Assembly (NCBI GenBank): GCA_041946735.1
Contig: JBHGAY010000012.1
Coordinates: 1 to 64,000 of the forward strand
From: Candidatus Eiseniibacteriota bacterium
GTDB lineage: Bacteria > Eisenbacteria > RBG-16-71-46 > CAIMUX01 > VGJL01
Length of the DNA stretch: 64,000 nt
Direction: 5' to 3'
Part shown: positions 1 through 10,996 of the stretch, piece after piece
Layout: each line of letters begins with the position of its first letter
Position numbering within the stretch: position 1 is the stretch's first letter
The notes under the pieces: model-generated
The model's input: the letters and a program-made list of their open reading frames with translations, nothing else
Database searches by the model: none
What the model was told of the DNA's origin: nothing
Position numbers and translations under genes: made by a program

Positions 1-337
<337 letters not shown>

Positions 338-432
338 GGTTGTTTTGTTGCACGCGCCTACGCGTGCGGAAGTCGTTCCTCTACGGTTGTCAGCGTTCTT
401 TCCCGGACCGCCTCGGCGGTCCGGGGCCCGTT

Positions 433-550
<118 letters not shown>

Positions 551-559
551 TTCAATCAG

Positions 560-603
560 AAGGGCCCTCGGAACGCGTAGGCGTTGCGGGGGCCCTTTTT
601 TTT
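560..603 (+). terminator. Intrinsic terminator of the rRNA operon
   Basis: AAGGGCCCTCG...CGGGGGCCCTT stem followed by a T8 run. Confidence 0.9.
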
Positions 604-809
604 CGCCTTTCGCCGGTCGGAATGTGCCGCTGTGGGCACGCACTTCTCTGTCGCAGGCGCGGTGCCCGCTATTGAGCGCGGAGACCTTGGCCGCGTGCGG
701 GTGCGCCGCTTCAAGCGCACAGAGTCGCGGCAGCCCGCGGTCCTGCCATGGCGCGCTCGGTGTCGATCTGGAGGGACCTCCACGACATTCCGGGCGGCGG
801 GGCGGCCAG

Positions 810-839
810 TTGCCCGTGCGAAGGCAGCGATGGTACCGT
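810..839 (+). promoter_or_regulatory. Putative sigma70 promoter for the EF-G2 gene
   Basis: TTGCCC-N18-TACCGT with TGn extended -10. Confidence 0.45.
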
Positions 840-956
840 ATCGAGGATTGTTCTTACCTGGGAGGCATCGGGTGGCCGGCGAGGGCAGGCTCGGGCCTCG
901 TCCACGCACCCGGTTTTACGCGTGTTTCTGAACGGTGGAGGGGGGGGTATCAGTCG

Positions 957-3038
957 GTGAAGACCTTCGACACGGCGGCGATCCGGAATCTCGTACTCAT
1001 CGGCCATAGCGGCGCGGGGAAGACCGCCCTTGGCGAGGCGATGCTTTACACGGCAGGGGCGTCGAGCCGCCTCGGGAAGCTTCAGGACGGCACCTCCGTC
1101 CTCGCGCACACCCCTGACGAGATGAAGCGGAAGATTTCGATCTATCTCTCCCTTGCCCAGTTCGAGTACCGGTCCACGAAGCTCAACCTCCTCGACGCCC
1201 CGGGATATGCCGACTTCATCGGAGAGGTATACGCCGGGCTCTACGCCGCCGACACCGCGCTGCTCGTCGTCAACGCCGTGGCCGGCGTCGAGAGCGACAC
1301 CGAAAAGCACTTCGATCTCGTCAGCGAACGTTCCATGCCCGCCTTCTTCGTCGTGAACATGATGGACAAGGACCAGGCGAACTTCGCCAAGACGGTCGAC
1401 GCCATCCGCTCCCTCACCGACCGGGCCGTCCCGCTCCTCCTGCCCATCGGGCAGGGGCCCGGCTTCGAAGGGGTCGTCGACGTCCTGGCCGGGAAGGCGA
1501 TCCGTGGCGACGGCAAGAGTCCTCAGAAGGGCGATCCTCCCGCCGATCTGAAGGGGGCAATCGAGCAGGCGATGGCGCAGATGACGGAGCTGGCCGCCGA
1601 AGGCGAGGATTCTCTCCTGGAGAAGTATCTCGAGACCGGCGAACTGTCGCCGGAGGACGTGCGCAAGGGGTTCGCCGAAGGAATCGCCCAGGGCAAGGTC
1701 TACCCGATCCTCGCCGTGTCCTCGGAACGCAACATCGGCATTTCCGCTCTGCTCGACACGATCGTCGACCTCGCTCCCAATCCGCTCCAGGTCCCAGGAC
1801 CTCTCGGGGTTCGGCCGGGGGCTCAGGCGGAGGCGCCGATCCGGGGGACCGCGCAGGATCCTCTTTCGGCCATCGTCTTCAAGACGACTTCCGAGATCCT
1901 TCCGCAGGACGTCTACCTCCTTCGGGTCTTCTCCGGCCATCTCGAGAAGGGGAGCGAGTTGTACAACTCGCGCCGGGACCAGAGCGAGCGGATGAGCCAG
2001 ATCTATCATTTCCTTGGCAAGGAGAGGACCGACGCCGACAGCCTGGCCGCCGGCGACATGGGCGCAACGGTCAACCTCAAGTCGACCGGGACGAACGATT
2101 GCTTCTCCTCGAAGGAAAACAAGATCGTCCTCCGGCCGATTCCGTTCCCCGAACCGGTCCACGAGGTGGCAATCGCGCCGGTGAAGAAGGGAGACGAGGA
2201 GAAGGTCGGGACGTGGCTCAACCGCATCCAGTCCGAAGACCCGACGATCCAGGTGCGAGTCGATTCCGGCCTGCATCAGACGCTCATCCGCTGCATGGGC
2301 GATCTCCACGTCGACGTCCTCCTCGACCGGATGCGCCGGCGAGGGCAGGTCGAGGCCGAGACGAAGAAGCCGAAGATCCCGTATCGCGAGACGATCCGCG
2401 GCATGGCGGACGTGTCCTATCGTCACAAGAAGCAGACGGGAGGACGCGGGCAGTTCGCAGACGTGTCGATCAAGGTCGAACCGCTCCCGCGCGGCGAGGG
2501 GTTCGACTTCGTCAATGAGATTGTCGGCGGCGTGATCCCGACGAAGTTCATCCCCGCAGTCGAGAAGGGGCTCGTGGAGAAGATGTCCGAAGGCGTGCTG
2601 ATCGGCGCCGATCTGGTCGATCTCCGCGTCCGACTCTACTTCGGCGGCTACCACGACGTGGACTCTTCCGAAATGGCGTTCAAGATCGCGTCGGCGATGG
2701 CGCTGAAGGACGCGGTCGAAAAGTCCAACCCGGTCCTCCTCGAGCCGATCATGAAGGTCGAGGTCGTCGTCCCGGACGACTTCATGGGGGACGTGATGGG
2801 CGATCTGAGCAGCCGACGCGGGAAGATCCTGGGGATGGAGCCGGCCGGGAAACGTCAGAAGGTGAGCGCGCTCGTTCCGCAGGCGGAGATCTATCAGTAC
2901 TCGACGAAGCTGCGGTCGATGACACAAGGGCGAGGGCGATTCACGTTCGCGTTCGATCACTACGAAGAGGTGCCGCGAGAGGTTCAGGACAAGCTCGTCG
3001 AGCAGCTGCGCAAGGAGCAGCAAGAGGCCGGAGCCTAG
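957..3038 (+). CDS. fusA: Elongation factor G-like protein (EF-G2 type)
   Basis: GHSGAGKT, DAPGY, GDLH, KIPYRETI, HKKQTGGRGQF, YHDVDSSEMAF, LRSMTQGRG; GTG start after GGAGG; lies outside an str operon. Confidence 0.92.
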   Translation: MKTFDTAAIRNLVLIGHSGAGKTALGEAMLYTAGASSRLGKLQDGTSVLAHTPDEMKRKISIYLSLAQFEYRSTKLNLLDAPGYADFIGEVYAGLYAADTALLVVNAVAGVESDTEKHFDLVSERSMPAFFVVNMMDKDQANFAKTVDAIRSLTDRAVPLLLPIGQGPGFEGVVDVLAGKAIRGDGKSPQKGDPPADLKGAIEQAMAQMTELAAEGEDSLLEKYLETGELSPEDVRKGFAEGIAQGKVYPILAVSSERNIGISALLDTIVDLAPNPLQVPGPLGVRPGAQAEAPIRGTAQDPLSAIVFKTTSEILPQDVYLLRVFSGHLEKGSELYNSRRDQSERMSQIYHFLGKERTDADSLAAGDMGATVNLKSTGTNDCFSSKENKIVLRPIPFPEPVHEVAIAPVKKGDEEKVGTWLNRIQSEDPTIQVRVDSGLHQTLIRCMGDLHVDVLLDRMRRRGQVEAETKKPKIPYRETIRGMADVSYRHKKQTGGRGQFADVSIKVEPLPRGEGFDFVNEIVGGVIPTKFIPAVEKGLVEKMSEGVLIGADLVDLRVRLYFGGYHDVDSSEMAFKIASAMALKDAVEKSNPVLLEPIMKVEVVVPDDFMGDVMGDLSSRRGKILGMEPAGKRQKVSALVPQAEIYQYSTKLRSMTQGRGRFTFAFDHYEEVPREVQDKLVEQLRKEQQEAGA

Positions 3039-3072
3039 AAGCGCCGGCGAGCCGAGCAGGAGGGGAAACGGC

Positions 3073-3825
3073 ATGAGCGGCCATTCGAAATGGGCGACGA
3101 TCAAGCGGAAGAAGGGAAAGCTCGACGCGGAACGCGGCAAGCTCTTCACGAAGCTGATCAAGGAGATCACGATCGCGGCGCGGGACGGCGGGGGCGATCC
3201 GAAGGGAAACCCGAGGCTCCGCACGGCGATCGAGAACGCCAAGGCCGAGAGCATGCCCGCTGCGAACATCGACCGCGCGGTGAAGAAGGGGACCGGCGAG
3301 CTGCCCGGGACCAGCTACGAGGAGCACTTCTACGAGGGGTACGGGCCGGGCGGCGCAGCGCTGTTGATCCAGGTGCTCACGGACAACAAGAACCGCACGA
3401 CGAGCGAATTGCGGCATCTCCTCAGCAAACACGGCGGCAACCTCGGCGAGGCGGGGTGCGTCGCGTGGATGTTCCAGACGAAGGGGATGCTCCGCGTCGA
3501 CCAGGCGGGAGTCGGGGAAGAACGATTGATGGAGGCGGCTCTCGACGCCGGCGCCGAAGACGTCGACTCCGGGGGAGACGGCTCCTTCGAGATCTACACG
3601 GCGACGACCGAGCTGGAGAAGGTCCAGAAGGCGCTCGAGCAGGCCTCCATCCCGATCCTCGGCATCGAGCTGGCGCGCGTTCCGACGAGCAATATCTCTC
3701 TGGATGAGAAGAGCGCGGAGCCTTTCCTCCGGCTCCTCGAGGCGCTCGAAGATCACGACGACGTGCAGAAGGTCTACTCGAACTTCGACATTCCGGACGA
3801 GCTGATGGAGAAGCTCCGGGGCTGA
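3073..3825 (+). CDS. yebC: YebC/PmpR family protein
   Basis: MSGHSKWATIKRKK, YEGYGPGG, TDNKNRT, DDVQKVYSN. Confidence 0.97.
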   Translation: MSGHSKWATIKRKKGKLDAERGKLFTKLIKEITIAARDGGGDPKGNPRLRTAIENAKAESMPAANIDRAVKKGTGELPGTSYEEHFYEGYGPGGAALLIQVLTDNKNRTTSELRHLLSKHGGNLGEAGCVAWMFQTKGMLRVDQAGVGEERLMEAALDAGAEDVDSGGDGSFEIYTATTELEKVQKALEQASIPILGIELARVPTSNISLDEKSAEPFLRLLEALEDHDDVQKVYSNFDIPDELMEKLRG

Positions 3826-3845
3826 GTTCGAGGCGCGAGGCGGCG

Positions 3846-4442
3846 ATGCTTCCAGGCAGCGAGGATCGGTCCGCCCGCGTCGTTCCGGCCGATCGAATCG
3901 TCGTCGGCCTCGATCCGGGTAGCCGGCGGACGGGCTTCGCGGTCGTCCGGTCCGATCGGATGGGGGGAGGTCCCTGCCGGTGCGCGAGCGGCGTGATCCG
4001 CCTGGATCCGTCGCTTCCTTTCGTCGAGAGGCTCCCGGCCCTCCGGGATTCGCTGCAGGAAGTGCTCGACACCTACCACCCTCGCGAGGCCGCGCTCGAG
4101 ACCTGCTTCCTTTCCAAGGGTGTGCAGGCCGCTCTCGTCCTCGGCCATGTTCGGGGGGTGCTCCTACTCGTTTGCCTCGAGGCGGGGCTCGAGGTGTTCG
4201 AGTATTCGCCGTCGGAGATCAAGCGTGCGGTGACCGGCACCGGGTCTGCACCGAAGGAGCAGGTCGCGCGGATGTTACCGCGCCTTCTCGCCAGCCCTCC
4301 GGAGTCGCCCAGCGCAGACGAGTCCGATGCGCTTGCCGCCGCCTACTGCCACCTCACCCGTCCGGCGATCGCGCGCGCCCGCCCGCTGCTTGCGCGCCGC
4401 CTCGTGCGGCCCGGGGCTCCTCCACGCGGCGGCCTCGGATGA
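3846..4442 (+). CDS. ruvC: Crossover junction endodeoxyribonuclease RuvC
   Basis: GLDPGSRRTG, LGHVRG, IKRAVTGTG-APKEQV, DESDALAAAYCH; yebC-ruvC-ruvA order. Confidence 0.95.
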   Translation: MLPGSEDRSARVVPADRIVVGLDPGSRRTGFAVVRSDRMGGGPCRCASGVIRLDPSLPFVERLPALRDSLQEVLDTYHPREAALETCFLSKGVQAALVLGHVRGVLLLVCLEAGLEVFEYSPSEIKRAVTGTGSAPKEQVARMLPRLLASPPESPSADESDALAAAYCHLTRPAIARARPLLARRLVRPGAPPRGGLG

Positions 4443-4569
4443 GGGAGGCGAATCGAGGGGGCGAAGGATCGCCCAGAGAGACTCGACGGTTGGGACTCGA
4501 GGGCGGGACGATGACCGATGATCCAGAGGCGCCGGTGATCCGGAGGCCCCGAATGATCCGGAGGCGCGG

Positions 4570-5181
4570 GTGATCGAGAGACTCGAGGGGGAGATCCTCG
4601 CGGTGGGGGTCGATCACCTGCTTGTCGGCCTCGCCGGCCTCGGAGTGAAGGTGCTGGCCCCGCGGCCGGTCACCGACGGCGTTCGAGCCGGGCAACGGGT
4701 TCTTCTCCACACACGCCTGCTGATTCGCGACGGCGATCCGAAGCTGTACGGCTTCCTGGATCCCGACCAGAGATTCGCTTTCGACTCGCTGATCGCTGTG
4801 AGCGGGGTAGGGCCACGCATCGCCCTCATGATCCTCTCCTCGCTCGACGTCGGGGCCCTCGTTCGGGAAGTCGAGGCGGGCCGGCCCGAACGGCTGCTCA
4901 CCGTCCCCGGGGTGGGGCGCAAGCTCGCGGGCAGGATCGCGCTCGACTTGAAGGGGAAGCTGGCCGGCGGCATCGAAGGTCCCGAGATTCCCGGCGTGGC
5001 GCCGGGCGAGGGGGGAGCCGGGCTCGACGCCGTGAAGGCGCTCACGGCGCTCGGCTACCCGCTTCTCGACTCTCGCGAGGCGGTGCGGAAGGTCCTGCAG
5101 GAAAAAGGGGGCGAGATCCCGCCCCTGGATGCCCTCCTTCGCGAGGCCCTGCTCGCGATCCATCGAACCCGCGAAGGATGA
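4570..5181 (+). CDS. ruvA: Holliday junction branch migration protein RuvA
   Basis: LYGF, VSGVGPRIAL, VPGVGRKLAGRI, ALTALGY. Confidence 0.95.
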   Translation: MIERLEGEILAVGVDHLLVGLAGLGVKVLAPRPVTDGVRAGQRVLLHTRLLIRDGDPKLYGFLDPDQRFAFDSLIAVSGVGPRIALMILSSLDVGALVREVEAGRPERLLTVPGVGRKLAGRIALDLKGKLAGGIEGPEIPGVAPGEGGAGLDAVKALTALGYPLLDSREAVRKVLQEKGGEIPPLDALLREALLAIHRTREG

Positions 5182-5264
5182 GGCGATCCCTCGATCCAAC
5201 GATCTCGACGACGAGGGAGGAACCGGAAGACGGAAGGGCCAGAACGCGCCAGGCAAGGGGAAAG

Positions 5265-5311
5265 GGCCGGGCATCTCCGCGCGTGGATCGCCGCGGGTGC
5301 CCGGCCGTTTT
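5265..5311. terminator. GC-rich hairpin between convergent ruvA and the TRL-like gene
   Basis: GGCCGGGCATC...GGTGCCCGGCC inverted repeat followed by GTTTT. Confidence 0.5.
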
Positions 5312-5314
5312 CGA

Positions 5315-5641
5315 TCACTCTCCGTAGACCGTCACCGTGAACGTCGCGTAGATCCCGAGGATGCCCGTCGAATGATAGTCGACGTGGTGGATCTTGGTGA
5401 TGCCGCCGTTCTTCATCGCCGTCTCGATGCTCGCGTCGCCCTGGGCGACGAGGCCGAGGATCGACGTGCAGGTGGCGATGCCGACCTTCGAGGAGACCTC
5501 GTTGCTCGTGGCGGTGAGCGGACCCTTGACGTCGTAGTAGACCGTCCCGATGGCGGGGGTCATCGTCATCGCGCAGCCGGCCAGAACCGGCAGGGAGAGC
5601 GTGGCGATCAGGACGAGAGACGCGAATCTCTTGCGGAACAA
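5315..5641 (-). CDS. TRL-like family small lipoprotein
   Basis: TTG start after GAGGAGGAG; signal peptide with lipobox LAGC; CxSILGLVAxGDASI...GITKIHHVD...VYGE pattern. Confidence 0.8.
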   Translation of the reverse strand: MFRKRFASLVLIATLSLPVLAGCAMTMTPAIGTVYYDVKGPLTATSNEVSSKVGIATCTSILGLVAQGDASIETAMKNGGITKIHHVDYHSTGILGIYATFTVTVYGE

Positions 5642-5766
5642 ATCGAACTCCTCCTCTCCATTCCGTGAAGTGCAGATTGGGAGGGCGCTGCATGGTGCCC
5701 TCCCACGCCTGGGTCGAACATTCTCCCTCCCGCTCGAGTGACGAGGGCGAGAATCGTCCCCGGCTC

Positions 5767-5795
5767 CGAATACCACAGGGCGGGAAGCGGCGCAA
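5767..5795 (-). promoter_or_regulatory. Possible promoter for the TRL-like gene
   Basis: TTGCGC-N17-TATTCG with TGn; weak -10. Confidence 0.3.
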
Positions 5796-5875
5796 GAAGC
5801 GGTAACGCGATCGCGGGAAACACGACCGACGGGAACGGGACGGCGGTACCAGGCCGCGGCGGGCCTCAGACGCGC

Positions 5876-7762
5876 TCAGAGGGTGTCGTCGGCGGGGATC
5901 GCGTCAGTCTCTCTCTGCGCGACGCCCCCGCCGGAGGGCCCCTCTTCCTCCTCGCCGCCGGCTTGCTCCTCCGCTTCGATCAGCTCCTGCGTCTGGAATT
6001 CGATCTCGTAGAGCTTGGCATAGATGCCGCCCGCCGCGAGCAGCTCGAGATGCGATCCCTCCTCGACGAGCCTGCCCCGGTGGAGCACGAGGATCCGGTC
6101 GACGTTGCGGATCGTCGAGAGGCGATGGGCGATCAGGAGGCTCGTGCGGCCCTGGATCAAGCGCCGCGTGGCGGCGCGGATCCGCTGCTCCGTCTGGGTG
6201 TCCACGCTCGAGGTCGCTTCGTCGAGCACGAGGATCTCCGGATCGCGAACGAGCGCCCGAGCGAACGAGAGAAGCTGCCGTTGCCCGACCGAGAGCCGGT
6301 TCCCGCGCTCCCGCAGCTCGGTGTCCAGACCTTCCGGCAGCCGCTCGAGGAAGTCGCGCGCCTCCACCGTTCCGATCGCCTCCTCGATCTGGACGCGATC
6401 GATCGACGGATCGCGCAGCCCCACGTTGCGGATCGCGGAGCCGGAGAAGAGATAGACGTCCTGCGGCACGACGGCGATCCGGCGTCGCAGCTCGGCCAGC
6501 TTCCATGCGCGGACGTCGATCCCGTCGACCTTCACCGATCCTTGCTGCACGTCATAGAAGCGGAGCAGAAGCGAGGCGATCGTCGTCTTTCCGGCGCCCG
6601 TATGCCCTACGAGAGCCACCGACTCTCCGGGAGCGATCCGGAAGCTCAGGTCATGCAGGACCGGGTCGTCCGGGTGATAGCCGAAGCCGACGCGGTCGAA
6701 GACGATCTCGCCGCGCGGGGAGGAGGCGCCCGGGACGTGGCCGCCGGCGGGCGCGGCGATCTCGGCGGGAGTGTCGAGCAGCTCGAAGACCCTCTCGCTC
6801 GACGCCATCGCCCCCTGGAGCGTGTTGTACCGGTCGGAAAGATCACGGATCGGACGGAAGAACCGCTCGCTGTACTGGAGGAACGCGATCAACGTGCCGA
6901 GGGTGAAGGTTCCCGTGGAGACGCGGTCCCCTCCGTAGCCGAGGATCAGCGCGACCGCACCGGCTTCCAGGAACTCGATGACCGGGAAGTAGACGGCGTA
7001 GGCCTGCACCGAGCGCAGGAACGCGTCGCGGTGGGCCGCGTTGATCTCGTCGAACCCCTGCCGCCTCTCCGGTTCCCTGCGGAAGAGCTGGACCAGCAGG
7101 ATCCCGGTCAGGTGCTCCTGCAGGTAGGCGTTCATCGCCGCGACCTGGACGCGGATCTGCGTGTAGGCGTCCCGGACGCGCCGCCGGAAGGCGCTCGTTG
7201 CGAGGATCAAGGGGGGCAGCACGACGAACGTGACCAGCGCGAGCCGCCAATCGAGAAGCAGCATGGCCGTCACGATTCCGACCAGGATCAGGACGTCGCC
7301 GAAGATCGAGACGAATCCCGAGGTGAACATCTCGTTGAGCACCTCGACGTCCCCCGTCAGTCGCGTCATGACCCGGCCGACCGGATTGCGGTCGTAGTAG
7401 GGGATCGAGAGGCGTTGCGCGTGGCGGAAGAGCCGGCTGCGCAGGTCGTACATGATGCGCTGGCCGAGTCCCTGGGTCGCCGTGAGATGCGCGTAGCGGA
7501 GGAGGAACACGGAGATCAGCAGCGCGAGGTAGGCGAGGGAGATCCTGAGAAGACCCTCGAGATCGCGCCCCGCGATGTAGCGATCGATTCCCCGCTTCAT
7601 CAGGATCGGAAATGCCAGCTCCGCCAGGCTCGTCAATGTGAGAAGCGCGACCGCGAGAATGAGGGTGCCCCGGTGCGGGCGCGTGAGCGCGAACAGCCGG
7701 CGCAGCAATCGGCGATCGATCTGCTGCCGGTACTGCGGTTCGTCGTCAAGCGGCGGGGACAC
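5876..7762 (-). CDS. ABC exporter, fused TMD-NBD (second half of a heterodimer)
   Basis: GHTGAGKT, degenerate signature LSVGQ, ILVLDEATS, IAHRLST; GTG start overlaps the upstream gene. Confidence 0.92.
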   Translation of the reverse strand: MSPPLDDEPQYRQQIDRRLLRRLFALTRPHRGTLILAVALLTLTSLAELAFPILMKRGIDRYIAGRDLEGLLRISLAYLALLISVFLLRYAHLTATQGLGQRIMYDLRSRLFRHAQRLSIPYYDRNPVGRVMTRLTGDVEVLNEMFTSGFVSIFGDVLILVGIVTAMLLLDWRLALVTFVVLPPLILATSAFRRRVRDAYTQIRVQVAAMNAYLQEHLTGILLVQLFRREPERRQGFDEINAAHRDAFLRSVQAYAVYFPVIEFLEAGAVALILGYGGDRVSTGTFTLGTLIAFLQYSERFFRPIRDLSDRYNTLQGAMASSERVFELLDTPAEIAAPAGGHVPGASSPRGEIVFDRVGFGYHPDDPVLHDLSFRIAPGESVALVGHTGAGKTTIASLLLRFYDVQQGSVKVDGIDVRAWKLAELRRRIAVVPQDVYLFSGSAIRNVGLRDPSIDRVQIEEAIGTVEARDFLERLPEGLDTELRERGNRLSVGQRQLLSFARALVRDPEILVLDEATSSVDTQTEQRIRAATRRLIQGRTSLLIAHRLSTIRNVDRILVLHRGRLVEEGSHLELLAAGGIYAKLYEIEFQTQELIEAEEQAGGEEEEGPSGGGVAQRETDAIPADDTL

Positions 7763-9533
7763 CTTCGATCTCCTCCTCGATCCTTTGGCGGCGTTCCATG
7801 GCCGCATAAATGCCGCCGAGGGCGAGAAGCTCCGCGTGGCGTCCCGCCTCGACGACCCGCCCTTGCTGCAGCACGAGGATCCGGTCGGCGTCGCGCACGG
7901 TCGAGATGCGGTGCGCGATCAGGATCGTGGTGCGCCCCTTGCGAACGCTGCGCAGCGCCTCGAGGAGCGCCGCCTCGGTGATCTTGTCGACCGCGGAGAG
8001 CGCATCGTCCAGGATGAGGATTCTCGGGTCGGCGAGGAGCGCCCGCGCGAGAGCGACCCGCTGCCGCTGTCCGCCCGAGAGGGTGATCCCCCGCTCTCCG
8101 ACCCGCGTGTCGAGCCCGTGCGGGAAGTCGGCGAGGTCCCGATCGAGCCCCGCGAGCGAAACCATCGAGCGGATCTGCTCCTCGCTCGCCAGGGGGTTGC
8201 CGAAGAGCAGATTGCCCCGCAGAGTGTCGGAAAAGAGGAACGACTCCTGAGGGACGACCGCGACCGCCCCTCGCACCTGCTCGAGCGGCCGCTCGCGAAC
8301 GTCGACGCCGTCGAGGAGCACGCCTCCGGCGGTCGGATCGTAGACGCGGGGAATCAGCGAGACGAGCGTCGTCTTGCCGCTTCCTGTCCTGCCCACGATC
8401 GCGATCGTCGTCCCCGGCCGGATCTCCTCGTCGATGCCGTGGAGCACCTCCGGCGACTGCGGGGAATAGCGGAAGCGGACCGAGGCGAAACGGATCGCTC
8501 CGGTGACGGGCGGCTCGCGGCGCGGGGAGCGAGGATCGCGGATCTCGGGGACGAGGGTATGGATCTCGAGAATGCGCGCCATCGCCGCCTCGCCCCGCTG
8601 GACCATCGAGAGCACCCAGCCCAGCGCGATCATCGGCCAGGTGAGGATCCCGAGGTATCCCATGAAGGCGACGAAGTCCCCGAAGTCGATCGCGCCCCGG
8701 ATCACACGGATCCCGCCCGCCCAGAGCAGGATCAGGGTGAGGAGCCCGACCAGGCTCCCGATCGTAGCGAAGAACAGCGCGCGGTAGCGGATCAGCCGGA
8801 AGCCGAGGTCGCGATATACGGCGTTCTGCTCGTCGAACGCCGCCTCCTCGAAGCCCTCCTGACCGTACGACTGGATCACGCGAATGCCGGCCAGGTTTTC
8901 CTGGATGTTCGAAGAGAGGCTCCCGTACTGGTCCTGCACCGCCCTCGACCGCCGGTGCATCTCGCTCGCGAAATACCGGACGAGGAACGCGAGAAGCGGA
9001 AACGGCGCGAGGGAGAACAGGGTGAGCCAGGGGTCGAGCCGGAGCATCACTGCGACGCTGCCGGTCACGGTGACCACCGTGTTCATCATGTACATCATCC
9101 CGGGTCCGAGGACGTCGCGGACGGCGTTCAAGTCGTTCGTGGCGCGCGCCATCAGGTCCCCGGTCCTCTGGCCCTGGAAGAAGGAGAGGGAGAAGACCTG
9201 CAGGCGGTCGAAGAGATCGGATCGGATCTCGTACTCCATGTGCCGGCTCGACCCGATCAGGATCGAGCGCATGAAGTAGAGGAAGATTCCGGAGCCGGCC
9301 GAAAGGGAGAGGAAGAGGAGCGCGTAGCGCCACATCCCCTTCTCGCCCGCCTGGAGGTGCTGGACCGCCACCCGGAGCACGATCGGCATCGAAAGGGCGA
9401 ACGCATTCGTGAGCAGGATGCAGCCGAATCCGAGCGCGATCTCCCGCCGGTGCCGCGCGAGGTAGGGGGAGAGCGACGAAAGGTGCGGGAGCAGGACCGC
9501 GAGCGGCCGGCGGAGGCCGTTCTTCCTTACCAA
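7746..9533 (-). CDS. ABC exporter, fused TMD-NBD (first half of a heterodimer, MdlA-like)
   Basis: RTGDLMARATND, GRTGSGKT, LSGGQ, degenerate Walker B ILILDD; TTG start overlaps the end of spoVR. Confidence 0.92.
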   Translation of the reverse strand: MVRKNGLRRPLAVLLPHLSSLSPYLARHRREIALGFGCILLTNAFALSMPIVLRVAVQHLQAGEKGMWRYALLFLSLSAGSGIFLYFMRSILIGSSRHMEYEIRSDLFDRLQVFSLSFFQGQRTGDLMARATNDLNAVRDVLGPGMMYMMNTVVTVTGSVAVMLRLDPWLTLFSLAPFPLLAFLVRYFASEMHRRSRAVQDQYGSLSSNIQENLAGIRVIQSYGQEGFEEAAFDEQNAVYRDLGFRLIRYRALFFATIGSLVGLLTLILLWAGGIRVIRGAIDFGDFVAFMGYLGILTWPMIALGWVLSMVQRGEAAMARILEIHTLVPEIRDPRSPRREPPVTGAIRFASVRFRYSPQSPEVLHGIDEEIRPGTTIAIVGRTGSGKTTLVSLIPRVYDPTAGGVLLDGVDVRERPLEQVRGAVAVVPQESFLFSDTLRGNLLFGNPLASEEQIRSMVSLAGLDRDLADFPHGLDTRVGERGITLSGGQRQRVALARALLADPRILILDDALSAVDKITEAALLEALRSVRKGRTTILIAHRISTVRDADRILVLQQGRVVEAGRHAELLALGGIYAAMERRQRIEEEIEGVPAA

Positions 9534-10996
9534 TCGCGCTCCCGGAAGTTCTCGCCGTCATGCGTGAGGAGCTTCGGCTTTCCGTTCAGCACGGTGCTCG
9601 TGTGGACCGGCCGTCCCCAGATCTTCTGGATGTTCTGCATGGTGCCCGCCGCGTGGTTCAGATCGAGATCGGCTCCCTGGTGGTCGTGCTCGAGCAGCAG
9701 CTCGCCCCGGTTCTCGAAGTTGCCGTCGGCGACCCTCATGATCGGCTGCCCCATGTTCGTGAGATTGAAGAGAAGCTGCTGCCGGATCTGTTCGAAGTCG
9801 CGGTCGGAGATCTCATGGCGCCGTGTGCGTTCGTTGTACTTGAAGACGAACAGCTGATTGCGATTGCAGAAATCGGCGGTGAGGAAGGTGTCGATGAAGG
9901 TCACGTCGTTGTACAGCTTGCGCACCTCGAAGATCTTTTTCTGCCCGAGGCCCAGCTTGCGGTCCCACGCCAGCTTCTCCTCGTAGTTTTCGCACTCCTC
10001 CCACTCGCGTCCGAACTGTCCGCGATCCCACCGGGTCGCGATGTCCCGCCACAGCTCGAGGCCGACCTTGTAAGGGTTGAACGTGCCGGGACGCATCGAG
10101 AAGACCGAGGCGCAGTGGTCCGCGTAGTCGAGGATCTCGGAATCGTCGAGGATCTTCTCGGTCATGATGCGGCTGTGCCAGTAGCTCGCCCATCCCTCGT
10201 TCATGATCTTCGTCTGCCACTGGGGGGCGAAGTAGTAGCTCTCCTCCCGGACCATTCCCACGATGTCGCGCTGCCAGCGTTCGAGCGGGGCGTGCTCCAT
10301 CAGGAACCAGAGGACGTCCCTTTCCGGCCGCTCGGGGAAGCGCCTCGCCCGCTTCTGTTCGTCTTCCAGCCGTTTCCGCTGCTGCTCGAGGAACACCTGC
10401 GGATTCACGAACGCGTCCATGTATTCCTTGCTCGGCATCTTGCGAACGGCGGGCACCGGCTCCTCGACGTCCGGCGAGGCGGCGCGGCGGTCGCGCGTGA
10501 CGGAATGCGGATCGATCAGGTTCTCGAGGGAGAGGGTCGCGTCGAGGAACTCCTCGACCCGATCGTAGCCGTGGCGCTCGATGTAGCGGCGGATCCTCGC
10601 GCCGTTGTTGGCCATCTGGTCGATCATCCGGCGGTTCGTGTGCGAGAAGTAGACGTTGTTCTTGAAGAAGTCGCAATGGCCGAAGACGTGGGCCATGACG
10701 AGCTTCTGATCGACCATCGAGTTCGTGTCCATCAGGTAGGCGTAGCAGGGGTTGTTGTTGATCACGAGCTCGTAGATCTTCGAAAGTCCGTAGACGTGCC
10801 CCTTCGATAGGCGCTCGAACTCCATGCCGAAGCGCCAGTGGGGATAGCGGATCGGGAAGCCGCCGTAGGCGGCGACCTCGTTCACCTCCTCCGCGGTGAT
10901 CATCTCGAAGACGGTGTCGAAGAAGTCGAGTCCGTACGCGCGGGCGACCTCGGCGATCCGCTCGGACTCGCGTCCCAGTTCTTCAGGGAGGTTCAT
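9527..10996 (-). CDS. spoVR: SpoVR/YcgB family protein
   Basis: [55 protein letters not shown]. Confidence 0.95.
   Translation of the reverse strand: MNLPEELGRESERIAEVARAYGLDFFDTVFEMITAEEVNEVAAYGGFPIRYPHWRFGMEFERLSKGHVYGLSKIYELVINNNPCYAYLMDTNSMVDQKLVMAHVFGHCDFFKNNVYFSHTNRRMIDQMANNGARIRRYIERHGYDRVEEFLDATLSLENLIDPHSVTRDRRAASPDVEEPVPAVRKMPSKEYMDAFVNPQVFLEQQRKRLEDEQKRARRFPERPERDVLWFLMEHAPLERWQRDIVGMVREESYYFAPQWQTKIMNEGWASYWHSRIMTEKILDDSEILDYADHCASVFSMRPGTFNPYKVGLELWRDIATRWDRGQFGREWEECENYEEKLAWDRKLGLGQKKIFEVRKLYNDVTFIDTFLTADFCNRNQLFVFKYNERTRRHEISDRDFEQIRQQLLFNLTNMGQPIMRVADGNFENRGELLLEHDHQGADLDLNHAAGTMQNIQKIWGRPVHTSTVLNGKPKLLTHDGENFRERDW

Noticed and set aside
350..426. Hairpins in the 23S-5S spacer
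   Set aside because: These are ordinary rRNA spacer structures with no tRNA features.
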